64,000 nt of DNA from Halobacteriales archaeon QH_7_65_31 (GTDB lineage: Archaea > Halobacteriota > Halobacteria > Halobacteriales > Haloarculaceae), in NCBI GenBank assembly GCA_003021785.1, contig PXQU01000005.1, positions 10,850-74,849 on the forward strand, given 5' to 3'. The first letter of the stretch is position 1; every line of letters starts with the position of its first letter. Below are positions 19,132 through 28,045 of the stretch, piece after piece. The position numbers were made by a program, and so were the translations under genes. The notes under the pieces were generated by a model. That model searched no databases. It worked only from the letters and a program-made list of their open reading frames with translations, and was not told where the DNA came from.

Positions 19132-20682
19132 ATGGCACGTTCAACTGCTGATACGACGAACGAATCGTTCCGGCACGACAGCTCCACGCTGACCGAGCGG
19201 ATCGCCGCGAACCCGGAGCCTGCCCTTCGGTGGGCCGGCGTCGCGGCCGTGCTCCTGCTGCTCGAACTGGGGGCGTTCCTCGGTGGCGTGCTCACGCTGT
19301 TTCACGCGGCCGTGTTGGGCGTGACCGCGCTGCTGGAGGTGTCTCTGGGCGCCGTTTCGTCCGGACTCGGCGAGGCGGCCTTCGGGTTCCAGACGGACGC
19401 TCTCGCGTCGATCTCCGGGGTACGCGACGCGGCACAGTCGATCCCGACGCTGTTGAGCCGCGAGACGATCTCGAATCAGGGGCACATGGTCGGTCCAAAC
19501 GGCCCGTGGACGGGGACGTTCCTCGGGCTGGAGCCGGCGTACGCGTGGGGGATCCGCGTCGTACTCGTGCTCGTGTACGCGTTCGTGACCGCCTACTGGC
19601 TGTTCCGCGGTTGGCTCGTCTTCCGGAACCACTACCGGCAGGCCGACTGGACACCGACCGACGATATCATCAACCGGCTCCGCGACCACCGCTGGGGCCA
19701 GTTCGGGATCGCCGTTCTCGTGGTGTTTCTCACGCTGGCGCTGTTCGGTCCGGCGCTCGGCCCGACGACCGTCCAGCAGAACATCAAATCCCCGTACGCC
19801 GAAGAGTCCCAGATCGAGTACTTCAGCGACGATACGGGCTCAGTCGAGACCGTCTTCGCCGGAAAGGCGAACTTCGACTCGAAGTCGAAGGGACCGAATC
19901 AGAACGTCGGCCCGATGACGTACGACGACTACGGTCGGTTCCATCCGTTCGGAACGCTGCCGAACGGTCGCGATCTGTTCACGTTCATGATGGGCGGCGC
20001 GCGCATCTCGCTGATCGTGACCGGGCTGGCGATCGGGTTGGCCTCGTTCATCGCCGGCGCGCTCGGGCTGATCTCGGCCTTCTACGGCGGGACGACTGAT
20101 CTCGCGGTGTTGACGACCGCCGACGGTATCACCTCCGTCCCGCGGCTGCTGTTGCTCGTCATGCTGAGCGCCGTGTTCGCCAACCACTGGCTGGGGAGCG
20201 TGTTGGACGGCGGGTTCCTGTTGGCGCTCATCTTCGGCTTCACCGGCTGGCCGCTGCTGTGGCGGGCCGTCCGTGGTCCCGCGCTTCAGGTGGCACAGGA
20301 GGAGTGGGTCGACGCCGCAGAGAGCTTCGGTCAGCGCCCGACGCTCATCATGTGGAAACACATGTTCCCGTACGTGATGGGGTATCTGCTGGTGTACGCC
20401 TCGATGTCGGCCGGCGGCATCGTGGTGAGCCTCTCGGCGCTGTCGTTCATCGGTAACGGACTGGGAATCACCGCTCCGACGCCCGCGTGGGGGCGGGCCG
20501 TCTCGCTCGGACAGTCGTACGTCGCCGGTCCCTCGTGGCATATCGCCCTCATCCCGGGGCTGATGATCGTCATCCTCGTCATGGGGCTGAACGCCTTCGG
20601 CGACGGACTGCGTGATGCTATCGATCCCGAGACGAAGGGAAGCGACGACGGCGACGAACTCGCCGCCGGAGGTGGTGCGTGA
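19132..20682 (+). CDS. dppC: Peptide ABC transporter permease DppC with N-terminal extension
   Basis: HPFGT..GRD, EEWVDAAESFG, PTPAWG, NAFGDGLRDAIDP. Confidence 0.93.
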   Translation: MARSTADTTNESFRHDSSTLTERIAANPEPALRWAGVAAVLLLLELGAFLGGVLTLFHAAVLGVTALLEVSLGAVSSGLGEAAFGFQTDALASISGVRDAAQSIPTLLSRETISNQGHMVGPNGPWTGTFLGLEPAYAWGIRVVLVLVYAFVTAYWLFRGWLVFRNHYRQADWTPTDDIINRLRDHRWGQFGIAVLVVFLTLALFGPALGPTTVQQNIKSPYAEESQIEYFSDDTGSVETVFAGKANFDSKSKGPNQNVGPMTYDDYGRFHPFGTLPNGRDLFTFMMGGARISLIVTGLAIGLASFIAGALGLISAFYGGTTDLAVLTTADGITSVPRLLLLVMLSAVFANHWLGSVLDGGFLLALIFGFTGWPLLWRAVRGPALQVAQEEWVDAAESFGQRPTLIMWKHMFPYVMGYLLVYASMSAGGIVVSLSALSFIGNGLGITAPTPAWGRAVSLGQSYVAGPSWHIALIPGLMIVILVMGLNAFGDGLRDAIDPETKGSDDGDELAAGGGA

Positions 20683-21761
20683 TGCAGTCGGTCGAACCAG
20701 ACGAAGAGACGGAGCCGGTGCTCGCGGTCGAGGATCTCCAGACGGTGTTCCACACCGACAGAGAGACGATCCGTGCGGTCGACGGCATCTCGTTCGAGAT
20801 CCGGCCCGGTGAGACGGTCGGTATCGTCGGCGAGTCCGGCTCCGGCAAATCCGTCACCGCCCGCTCCATCATGGGGCTCGTCGAGAGCCCGGGTGAGGTC
20901 CGCTCCGACTCGTCCATCCGGTTCAACGGGCAGGAGCTGACGGAGCTGTCCGACACCGAGTACAACGAGATCCGCGGCAGCGGCATCGGGATGGTGTTTC
21001 AGGACCCACAGCAGTCGCTGAATCCGGTGTACACCATCGGCAACCAGATCCGAGAGGCGCTGCGCGTCAATCAGGGGCTTCGCGGCGAAGCGGCCCGCGA
21101 GGAGGCGATCTCACTGCTCGAATCCGTCGCCATCCCCGACGCGGCCCGCCGGCTTGACGAGTATCCACACGAGTTCTCCGGCGGGATGCGCCAGCGGGCC
21201 GTCATCGCGATGATGCTCGCGTGTGATCCGGAGTTCCTCATCTGCGACGAGCCGACGACCGCGCTCGACGTGACGATTCAAGCACAGATTCTGGAGCTAC
21301 TCGACGAGCTACAGGCGGAGCGGGATCTCTCGATCCTGTTCATCACCCACGACATGGGCGTCATCGCGGAGATCGCAGACCGGGTGAACGTGATGTACGC
21401 CGGTCAGATCATCGAGTCCGCGCCCGTCGATGCGCTGTTCGCGAATCCGAAACACCCGTACACGAGGGGACTGCTGGGAGCGATCCCCGGCCAGCAGGCA
21501 GACGGCGAGCCGCTCCGGACGATCGAGGGCGACGTGCCGACGCCGAACGAGGAGGCGACGTACTGCCGGTTCGCACCTCGGTGTCCCGACGCGTTCGACG
21601 CGTGTAACGCCGTCGCGCCCGCACACGTCGATGTCGGCGGGGACGCGGAACACACTGCCGCGTGTCTGTTGTACCCGGACGGGGAGACGGAGGAGACGCG
21701 CGTCAGCCATCATCAGTCACTCGGTACGCCACGCGACGACACAGGTGAGACCAATGAGTAA
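20682..21761 (+). CDS. dppD: Peptide ABC transporter ATPase DppD
   Basis: [33 protein letters not shown]-terminal Cys cluster. Confidence 0.95.
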   Translation: MQSVEPDEETEPVLAVEDLQTVFHTDRETIRAVDGISFEIRPGETVGIVGESGSGKSVTARSIMGLVESPGEVRSDSSIRFNGQELTELSDTEYNEIRGSGIGMVFQDPQQSLNPVYTIGNQIREALRVNQGLRGEAAREEAISLLESVAIPDAARRLDEYPHEFSGGMRQRAVIAMMLACDPEFLICDEPTTALDVTIQAQILELLDELQAERDLSILFITHDMGVIAEIADRVNVMYAGQIIESAPVDALFANPKHPYTRGLLGAIPGQQADGEPLRTIEGDVPTPNEEATYCRFAPRCPDAFDACNAVAPAHVDVGGDAEHTAACLLYPDGETEETRVSHHQSLGTPRDDTGETNE

Positions 21762-23088
21762 CGCAATCGAGCGCGAGCAGACGGCAGCCAGCGGGGAGAC
21801 GCTGGTCGACGTACAGGAGCTGAAGACGTACTACGGCGGCGACGGCTTCTTCGCGTCGCCGCCGGTCAAGGCGGTCGACACCGTCGATTTCGAGATCCAG
21901 CGCGGTGAGACGTTCGGGCTGGTCGGTGAGTCCGGCTGCGGGAAGAGCACGCTGGGCCGGACGCTCGTTCAGCTCGAACAGGCGACGGAGGGGAGCGTCA
22001 GCTTCGACGGGACCGACATCACCGAGCTGTCCGGGCCGGAGCTGAAACAGTGGCGTCGCAACGCCCAGATGGTGTTTCAGGACCCCGAGTCGAGTCTCAA
22101 CGACCGGATGACGGTCGGCGAGATCATCCGCGAGCCGCTGGACGCACACGACTGGAAGACGAAGGCAGACCGCCGCGAGCGCGTCACGGAGCTGCTCTCG
22201 GAGGTCGGACTCCGTGAGGAGCATTACTTCCGGTATCCACACCAGTTCTCGGGCGGCCAGCGTCAACGCGTCGGGATCGCTCGCGCGCTCGCACTCGAAC
22301 CGGAGTTCGTCGTCCTCGACGAGCCGGTGTCGGCGCTCGACGTGAGCGTGCAGGCCAAGATAATCACGCTCCTCGAAGATCTCCAAGCGGAGTTCGACCT
22401 GACCTACCTGTTCATCGCGCACGATCTCTCCGTCGTCCGGCATATTTGCGACCGGGTCGCCGTCATGTATCTCGGGAAGATAATGGAGATCGGCGACACC
22501 GAGGAGCTGTACGAGAACCCGCAGAACCCGTACACGCAGGCGCTCCTGTCGGCGATTCCGCGACCGGATCCGTCGGTCACGATCGACCGGATCACCCTCC
22601 CGGGGACGCCGCCGAGTCCACGGGACCCGCCACAGGGCTGTCAGTTCTCGACGCGCTGTCCGGCGAAGATCCGACCGGAGGCGTACGCCGATACCGACGA
22701 CGAGATATGGCACGCGGTCGAGCAGCTCCGCGAGGTCGTCCGCGAGCGGTCGCGGATGTCGCTGTCGACGACCGATCAGCTCCGCAAGCGTCTCGACCGG
22801 TTTTCGCGGTTCGACGACATCGAGGAGACGGTCACGGACCTCTTCGGGGAGCTTTCCGTCCCTCAGTCCGTCGAGGATCACGTCCGGCACGCGGTCGAGC
22901 TGGTGAAAGACGGCGAGCCGAAGGCGGCACAGACGTATCTCCGCGAGGAGTTCGGCGGCGTCTGTGACACGACTCGACCCGGTCACCATCAGGTGAGCGC
23001 GGCCGGTCGCGAGAGCTACTGTCACCGGCATCTCGACGAGTACGAGGACACCACGACGGTGCTCGCGAACTACGTCGACGGTGCATAA
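21754..23088 (+). CDS. dppF: Peptide ABC transporter ATPase DppF
   Basis: [28 protein letters not shown]; start MSNAIERE after SD AGGTGA. Confidence 0.95.
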   Translation: MSNAIEREQTAASGETLVDVQELKTYYGGDGFFASPPVKAVDTVDFEIQRGETFGLVGESGCGKSTLGRTLVQLEQATEGSVSFDGTDITELSGPELKQWRRNAQMVFQDPESSLNDRMTVGEIIREPLDAHDWKTKADRRERVTELLSEVGLREEHYFRYPHQFSGGQRQRVGIARALALEPEFVVLDEPVSALDVSVQAKIITLLEDLQAEFDLTYLFIAHDLSVVRHICDRVAVMYLGKIMEIGDTEELYENPQNPYTQALLSAIPRPDPSVTIDRITLPGTPPSPRDPPQGCQFSTRCPAKIRPEAYADTDDEIWHAVEQLREVVRERSRMSLSTTDQLRKRLDRFSRFDDIEETVTDLFGELSVPQSVEDHVRHAVELVKDGEPKAAQTYLREEFGGVCDTTRPGHHQVSAAGRESYCHRHLDEYEDTTTVLANYVDGA

Positions 23089-23515
23089 CCGCTGGCTGCG
23101 TCTCGCCGAGTTCGCCGTCTGGACCGCCGGCGCGACGGCCGCCGTCGTCGCTACTACCGCCGTACCGTCGTTTCTGTTCGGTAGCGGACTGCTGACGCTG
23201 AAGTACGTCCTGTTCGTCGTCGGCGTGTTGCTGTTCGGACTCGGGAGCTTCGCTATCCAGCCGGAGTCACCGGCACAGCTTCGCCCGGAGCAGTCCCCGA
23301 GCGACCGGGGAGCGACCACCCGTATCCCGCGCCCGCGGCAGTTCTCCACGGAAGGGACCGACGAGTTCGGCGTGGAGGCGCGGCTGGCGGAGCTTCCGCC
23401 GATGCGGGGACGGCTCCCCTTCGACGACCGAGTGGGCCGGGACGCGAAGCTGTTCGTCACGAGTCTCCTCGTCCTCGCGGTCTCGGCGGCGCTGGAGTTC
23501 GTCGTCGGCGTCTGA
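23081..23515 (+). CDS. Small 3-TM membrane protein at the end of the dpp operon
   Basis: Hydrophobic segments; overlaps the dppF stop. Confidence 0.75.
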   Translation: MHNRWLRLAEFAVWTAGATAAVVATTAVPSFLFGSGLLTLKYVLFVVGVLLFGLGSFAIQPESPAQLRPEQSPSDRGATTRIPRPRQFSTEGTDEFGVEARLAELPPMRGRLPFDDRVGRDAKLFVTSLLVLAVSAALEFVVGV

Positions 23516-23558
23516 ACCGACGCGTGGGGTTTATCGGTCAGGACACCCGCCGACCGGT

Positions 23559-24140
23559 ATGGTGAGACAAGACGCGGGCGAGACGCCGGGCGACGTCGAT
23601 CGGCTGGCGAGTAGCTCCGACGCGGCCCGAAACGGGTGGCAGCGCACGATCGAGGACACCCGGGCGATGGCGGCCGACCGCGAGGAGCACGGCTACGAGA
23701 CCGTCGTGCTGGTATCCGACGACACCTCGCCGGTCGCGCCCGCGTCGGATCGCGACCACTGGGGGCTGACGTATCTGGTCTCCGGCAGCGACCGCGAGGC
23801 GTTTCGCGACGCTCGTGCGCGGGCCGAGTTCGACGAGACCGGCGTCTATCAGGCCTCACAGGAGGGGAACACGTTCCTCGTCACGGAGTGTCTCGATCAC
23901 GACGCCGAGCTGGTGGTGTTTCTCGCGGGCGTGTTCCGGATGGAACACGCCGTCGAGCTGGTCCGGGCGGCGCTCGACCGCGGGGAGATGTACAGCCACG
24001 TACGCAAGCTGAACGGCGAGGTGGCCGGCAGTATCCGCCACGAGGACGCCGAGGCGTTCTTCCCCGACCCGGACGCCTACTACTCCTACGAGCCGACGGA
24101 GTTCGTCGATACGGTCGGTGACGGTAACGAGGAGGCGTGA
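23559..24140 (+). CDS. Conserved haloarchaeal hypothetical protein
   Basis: Acidic 193-aa ORF; TTTAT box upstream. Confidence 0.75.
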   Translation: MVRQDAGETPGDVDRLASSSDAARNGWQRTIEDTRAMAADREEHGYETVVLVSDDTSPVAPASDRDHWGLTYLVSGSDREAFRDARARAEFDETGVYQASQEGNTFLVTECLDHDAELVVFLAGVFRMEHAVELVRAALDRGEMYSHVRKLNGEVAGSIRHEDAEAFFPDPDAYYSYEPTEFVDTVGDGNEEA

Positions 24141-24192
24141 CGCCGCCACGGGAAGTGTAAGGTCTTAGTACCGTGCCCACCCGTTTCGGGGT

Positions 24193-25038
24193 ATGAACGT
24201 CGCAGACGCCATGACGCCGCGCGATTCACTGGTGACCTCGGTCGTCCCCGGCTCGCGAACGGACGTGCTCGACCGACTTCAGGACGACGAGTTCTCGTCG
24301 ATCCCAATCGTGAACGACGAGACCGGGGCGTTCCGCGGTCTCGTCTCCCGTGAACAGCTCATCGCCAACCCCGACGAGGATCAGCTCGCGATGCTCGTCG
24401 AGGACGTGCCGACAGTCGGTCCCGACGCCGAGCTGGAGGCGGTCGCCCGTCGCTTCCGAGACGGCGATCAGCGCCGGCTCCCAATCGTCGAGGGTGACGA
24501 ACTGCTCGGACTCGTCACGATCACCGATATCGTCCACGCGATCGCGAACAGCGAGGTCGCCGCCGACGCGACCGCCGACCAGTTGATGCAGACGGGCGTG
24601 AACGCAGTCCATCAGGCGACCCCGCTCACCGTCGCCGAGCGCGAACTCGCCTTCGCCGACGAGCCGTACGGCGTCGTCCTCGACGAGGCTGGGAGTCCGA
24701 CCGGCATGTTGACCGAGGTGGACGTGCTCGACGTGGCTCGCATCGTCGAGGGCGAGGAGTCTACGGGCGACTCAATCGCCGACGACGACGACGATTGGAA
24801 GTGGGAGGCGATCAAGGCCATCGGCTCGCGGTATCTCCCCACCCGAAACGTCCAGATCCCGGCCGAACCGGTCGAGATGTTCATGACCGACTCGCTCATC
24901 ACCGTCGGACAGTCGAAGTCCGCGACCGATACCGCACAGCTGCTCATCACCGAGGATATCGAGCAGGTCCCCGTCGTCTCCGGCGATACGCTCGTCGGGA
25001 TCCTCCGTGACACCGATCTGCTGGAGGCGCTCGCGTGA
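24193..25038 (+). CDS. CBS domain protein (4 CBS motifs)
   Basis: VADAMT, SIPIV..GLVS, RLPIV..GLVTITD, QVPVV..GILRDTD. Confidence 0.92.
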   Translation: MNVADAMTPRDSLVTSVVPGSRTDVLDRLQDDEFSSIPIVNDETGAFRGLVSREQLIANPDEDQLAMLVEDVPTVGPDAELEAVARRFRDGDQRRLPIVEGDELLGLVTITDIVHAIANSEVAADATADQLMQTGVNAVHQATPLTVAERELAFADEPYGVVLDEAGSPTGMLTEVDVLDVARIVEGEESTGDSIADDDDDWKWEAIKAIGSRYLPTRNVQIPAEPVEMFMTDSLITVGQSKSATDTAQLLITEDIEQVPVVSGDTLVGILRDTDLLEALA

Positions 25039-26873
25039 GCCGAGAGGACGACCGGCAAGCGTCCGCCGAACGACCGAGCGACCCGACGCTGCTGACGGAC
25101 GGCGGCACGTCGGAGCTGGCGACGGTCGCCGAGCTTGCCAAGCGCCGCGGCTTCTTCTTCCAGACGGCGGAGTCGTACGGCGGCGTCGGTGGTCTCGTCA
25201 CGTACGGGCCACAGGGGTCGGCGCTCAAGCGCAACATCGAGGACAGATGGCGCGACCGGTTCGTCACCCGCGCCGGCAACATGGAGCTGTCGGCGCCGGA
25301 CGTGATGCCCGAACCCGTCTTCGAGGCCTCGGGGCATCTCGACGGCTTCGACGACATGATCGTCGAGTGTCCCGAGTGCGAGACCGCCCACCGCGCTGAC
25401 CACCTCGTCGAGGACAGCTCCGAGCACGAGGACGCCGAGGCGCTCGGTATCGAGCAGATAGGCGAACTCATCGGCGAGCTGGAGATCGCCTGTCCCGACT
25501 GCGGGACGGCGCTCGCCGGCGAGTCCGTCGACGAGTTCAACCTCATGTTCGGCACGGACATCGGACCGGGTTCCTCCCAACCGGGGTATCTCCGCCCGGA
25601 GACGGCACAGGGTATCTTCACCGAATTCCCGCGGCTGAAGGAGTACGCCCGCGGCAAGCTCCCCTTCGGCGTCGCACAGATCGGTGACGCCTACCGCAAC
25701 GAGATCGCCCCGCGTCGCGGGCTCATCCGCGTTCGCGCGTTCACGCAGGCGGAGCTGGAGCAGTTCATCGACCCCGAGGAGGACGAGCCGGCTATCGAAG
25801 CCGTCGCCGACGTGGAGCTTCCACTCTACACCGCACCGGCACAGGCGGACGAGGGGGGCCAAGAGACGTACACCGTCCGCAAGGCCGTCGAGGAGGGCGT
25901 CATCGAATCGGCGTGGATCGCCTACTATCTCGGGCTGGCACGTGACTGGTACGAGGCGATCGGCATCGACATGGACCGTTTCCGCTACCGCCAGCACAAG
26001 GCGGGCGAACGCGCCCACTACGCCGCCGACTGCTGGGACGCCGAGACCGAACTCGACGGCGAGTGGGTCGAGGTGACCGGCTTCGCCTACCGGAGCGACT
26101 ACGATCTTACCAACCATGCCGCGGCGACCGGTGACGGCTTCACCGTGTTCAAACAGTACGACGAGCCGAAGACGGTCGAACGGCCCGGCGTCGATCCCGA
26201 TATGTCAACGCTCGGCCCGGAGTTCGGTGGCGACGCGAGCGCCGTCGCCGACGCGCTCGCCTCGCTCGCTGCCAGTGAGCCCGACGCGTTCACCGGTGAC
26301 ACCGTCACCGTCGAGATCGGCGGCGACTCGGCCACGGTCGCGACCGACGTCGCGAACTTTGCCGTGGAGACGGTCACCGAGACCGGCGAGCATATCACGC
26401 CACACGTCGTCGAGCCGTCCTTCGGTATCGGTCGGCTGTTCTACTCCGTGCTCGTCCACAGCTACGAGACCGACGAGGTGGACGGTGAGGAGCGCACCTA
26501 TCTCTCTGTCCCCGCCGAGCTCGCCCCCACGTTCGCGTGTGTCGTCCCGCTCGTTTCCAACGAGCCGGCACTGGTCGAACAGGCCGAGCAGATACGCGAC
26601 CAGCTCCGTGATGCCGGTCTCGAAGTCGCGTACGACGAGTCAGGGGCTATCGGTCGCCGCTATCGCCGCCAGGACGAGATCGGAACGCCCGTCTGTGTCA
26701 CCGTCGATCACGAGAGCATCGAGGAGGAGCCGACGAGCGTCACCGTCCGCGACCGCGACACCACCGCACAGGCGCGTGTCCCGGTCACAGAACTCCGTGA
26801 CTGTCTGCTCGCGCTCCGTGCCGGAACGAGCTTCAGTGACCTGCTCGACCGCGACGCCGTCACGCCCGTGTAA
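25035..26873 (+). CDS. glyS: Glycine--tRNA ligase (alpha2 type)
   Basis: KRRGFF, YLRPETAQG, YRNEIAPR, VEPSFGIGR, GRRYRRQDEIG. Confidence 0.97.
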   Translation: MSREDDRQASAERPSDPTLLTDGGTSELATVAELAKRRGFFFQTAESYGGVGGLVTYGPQGSALKRNIEDRWRDRFVTRAGNMELSAPDVMPEPVFEASGHLDGFDDMIVECPECETAHRADHLVEDSSEHEDAEALGIEQIGELIGELEIACPDCGTALAGESVDEFNLMFGTDIGPGSSQPGYLRPETAQGIFTEFPRLKEYARGKLPFGVAQIGDAYRNEIAPRRGLIRVRAFTQAELEQFIDPEEDEPAIEAVADVELPLYTAPAQADEGGQETYTVRKAVEEGVIESAWIAYYLGLARDWYEAIGIDMDRFRYRQHKAGERAHYAADCWDAETELDGEWVEVTGFAYRSDYDLTNHAAATGDGFTVFKQYDEPKTVERPGVDPDMSTLGPEFGGDASAVADALASLAASEPDAFTGDTVTVEIGGDSATVATDVANFAVETVTETGEHITPHVVEPSFGIGRLFYSVLVHSYETDEVDGEERTYLSVPAELAPTFACVVPLVSNEPALVEQAEQIRDQLRDAGLEVAYDESGAIGRRYRRQDEIGTPVCVTVDHESIEEEPTSVTVRDRDTTAQARVPVTELRDCLLALRAGTSFSDLLDRDAVTPV

Positions 26874-27434
26874 ATGACGAACGAGATACAGCGCCGGCTG
26901 GTTCACGCCACCGGCGGTGTACTGCCGCTCGGCTACGTCGCCGAGCTCTACTCGTACCGCTTCCTCCGTAACGCGTTCACCGTCGGTGTGCTCGCCGTCG
27001 TGCTCCTCGAAACGCTCCGTCTCTCCGGGGTCGCCGACTGGCGGCTGTTCGACCGTCTCACCCGCGAGTACGAACAGGAGAACCCCGCGGGGTACGCGTT
27101 GTACGTCGTCTCTATTGCCGCCGTCTGCTGGCTGTTCGCGCCCGAAATCGCCGTCCCGGCGGCGCTGATGCTCACCTTCGGGGACCCGATCTCTGGACTG
27201 CTCGGCTCCGACGAGCGCCGCCGCGTGAAGCAGTCGTTCGTCCTGCTCGTGATGTTCGGCGTCTGTACGCTGCTCGCGCTCCCGTTCGTCGCGAGCGCCG
27301 CCGCTGTCGCCGGGGCCGTCGCCGCCACTGCCGCCGACGGCGCGACGCCGACCGTCGCCGGCTACGTCATCGACGACAACCTCACCATCCCCCCAGCCGC
27401 CGCCCTCGCGATGACGCTCGTCATCGGACTGTAG
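26874..27434 (+). CDS. Dolichol/phytol kinase-like (CTP transferase family) membrane protein
   Basis: RRLVH, LTREYE, GDP, IDDNLTIP. Confidence 0.88.
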   Translation: MTNEIQRRLVHATGGVLPLGYVAELYSYRFLRNAFTVGVLAVVLLETLRLSGVADWRLFDRLTREYEQENPAGYALYVVSIAAVCWLFAPEIAVPAALMLTFGDPISGLLGSDERRRVKQSFVLLVMFGVCTLLALPFVASAAAVAGAVAATAADGATPTVAGYVIDDNLTIPPAAALAMTLVIGL

Positions 27435-27472
27435 GGACAGCGCTTTTTCCTGCCGACGGTCTCTGTCCGTGT

Positions 27473-28045
27473 ATGAGCGATTTCGACCGGGAGAAAGAGC
27501 GCGAGAAGCTCCGCGAGAAGTACGAACGGGACAAACAGAAGCGCGAGCAGTCCGAACGGCTCTCGGAGCTACTCCTGAAGGGCGCGACCATGACCGACAG
27601 ACACTGCGAGACGTGCGGCGACCCCGTCTTCCGGTGGGACGGACAGGAGTTCTGTCCCACCTGCCAACAGCCCGGCGAGGAGACGACGGGCGAATCAGAG
27701 CCCACAGAAACGGCGGAGCCGAGCTCGCCCGCACCGACGGGCGAATCGGCAGTCGAGGTAGAGCCCGACACCGAGCGGCCGACAGACTCACAGCCCGCCG
27801 TCCAACCCGACCGACAGCCGCGCCAGCCGACGCCCAGACAGCCGGCCGAGACGCCCGACGCGACCGGGCAGCCCTCCGTAGCAGCCGACGGCGACCTCGC
27901 GACCGCGCGCGCCTCGCTCGAACGCACGCTCGCGACGCTCGCACAGCAGGCCGAACAGGCCGACACCCTCGCGGAGACGCGGCGGTATCTGGACGGGGCG
28001 AGAGACGCCGCCGAGGCGCTCGACGCCGCAGAACAGGTCCGTTAA
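27473..28045 (+). CDS. Sjogren/scleroderma autoantigen 1 (Auto_anti-p27) zinc-ribbon protein
   Basis: LLKGATM..HCETCG..FCPTC. Confidence 0.88.
   Translation: MSDFDREKEREKLREKYERDKQKREQSERLSELLLKGATMTDRHCETCGDPVFRWDGQEFCPTCQQPGEETTGESEPTETAEPSSPAPTGESAVEVEPDTERPTDSQPAVQPDRQPRQPTPRQPAETPDATGQPSVAADGDLATARASLERTLATLAQQAEQADTLAETRRYLDGARDAAEALDAAEQVR

Noticed and set aside
25035..25110. Recurrent (T/A)DGG peptides (GlyRS N-terminus, intein, several C-termini) as a targeting motif
   Set aside because: They are common in haloarchaeal low-complexity regions and partly explained by SD-like GACGG(A/C)GG sequence. I cannot support a function from this window.
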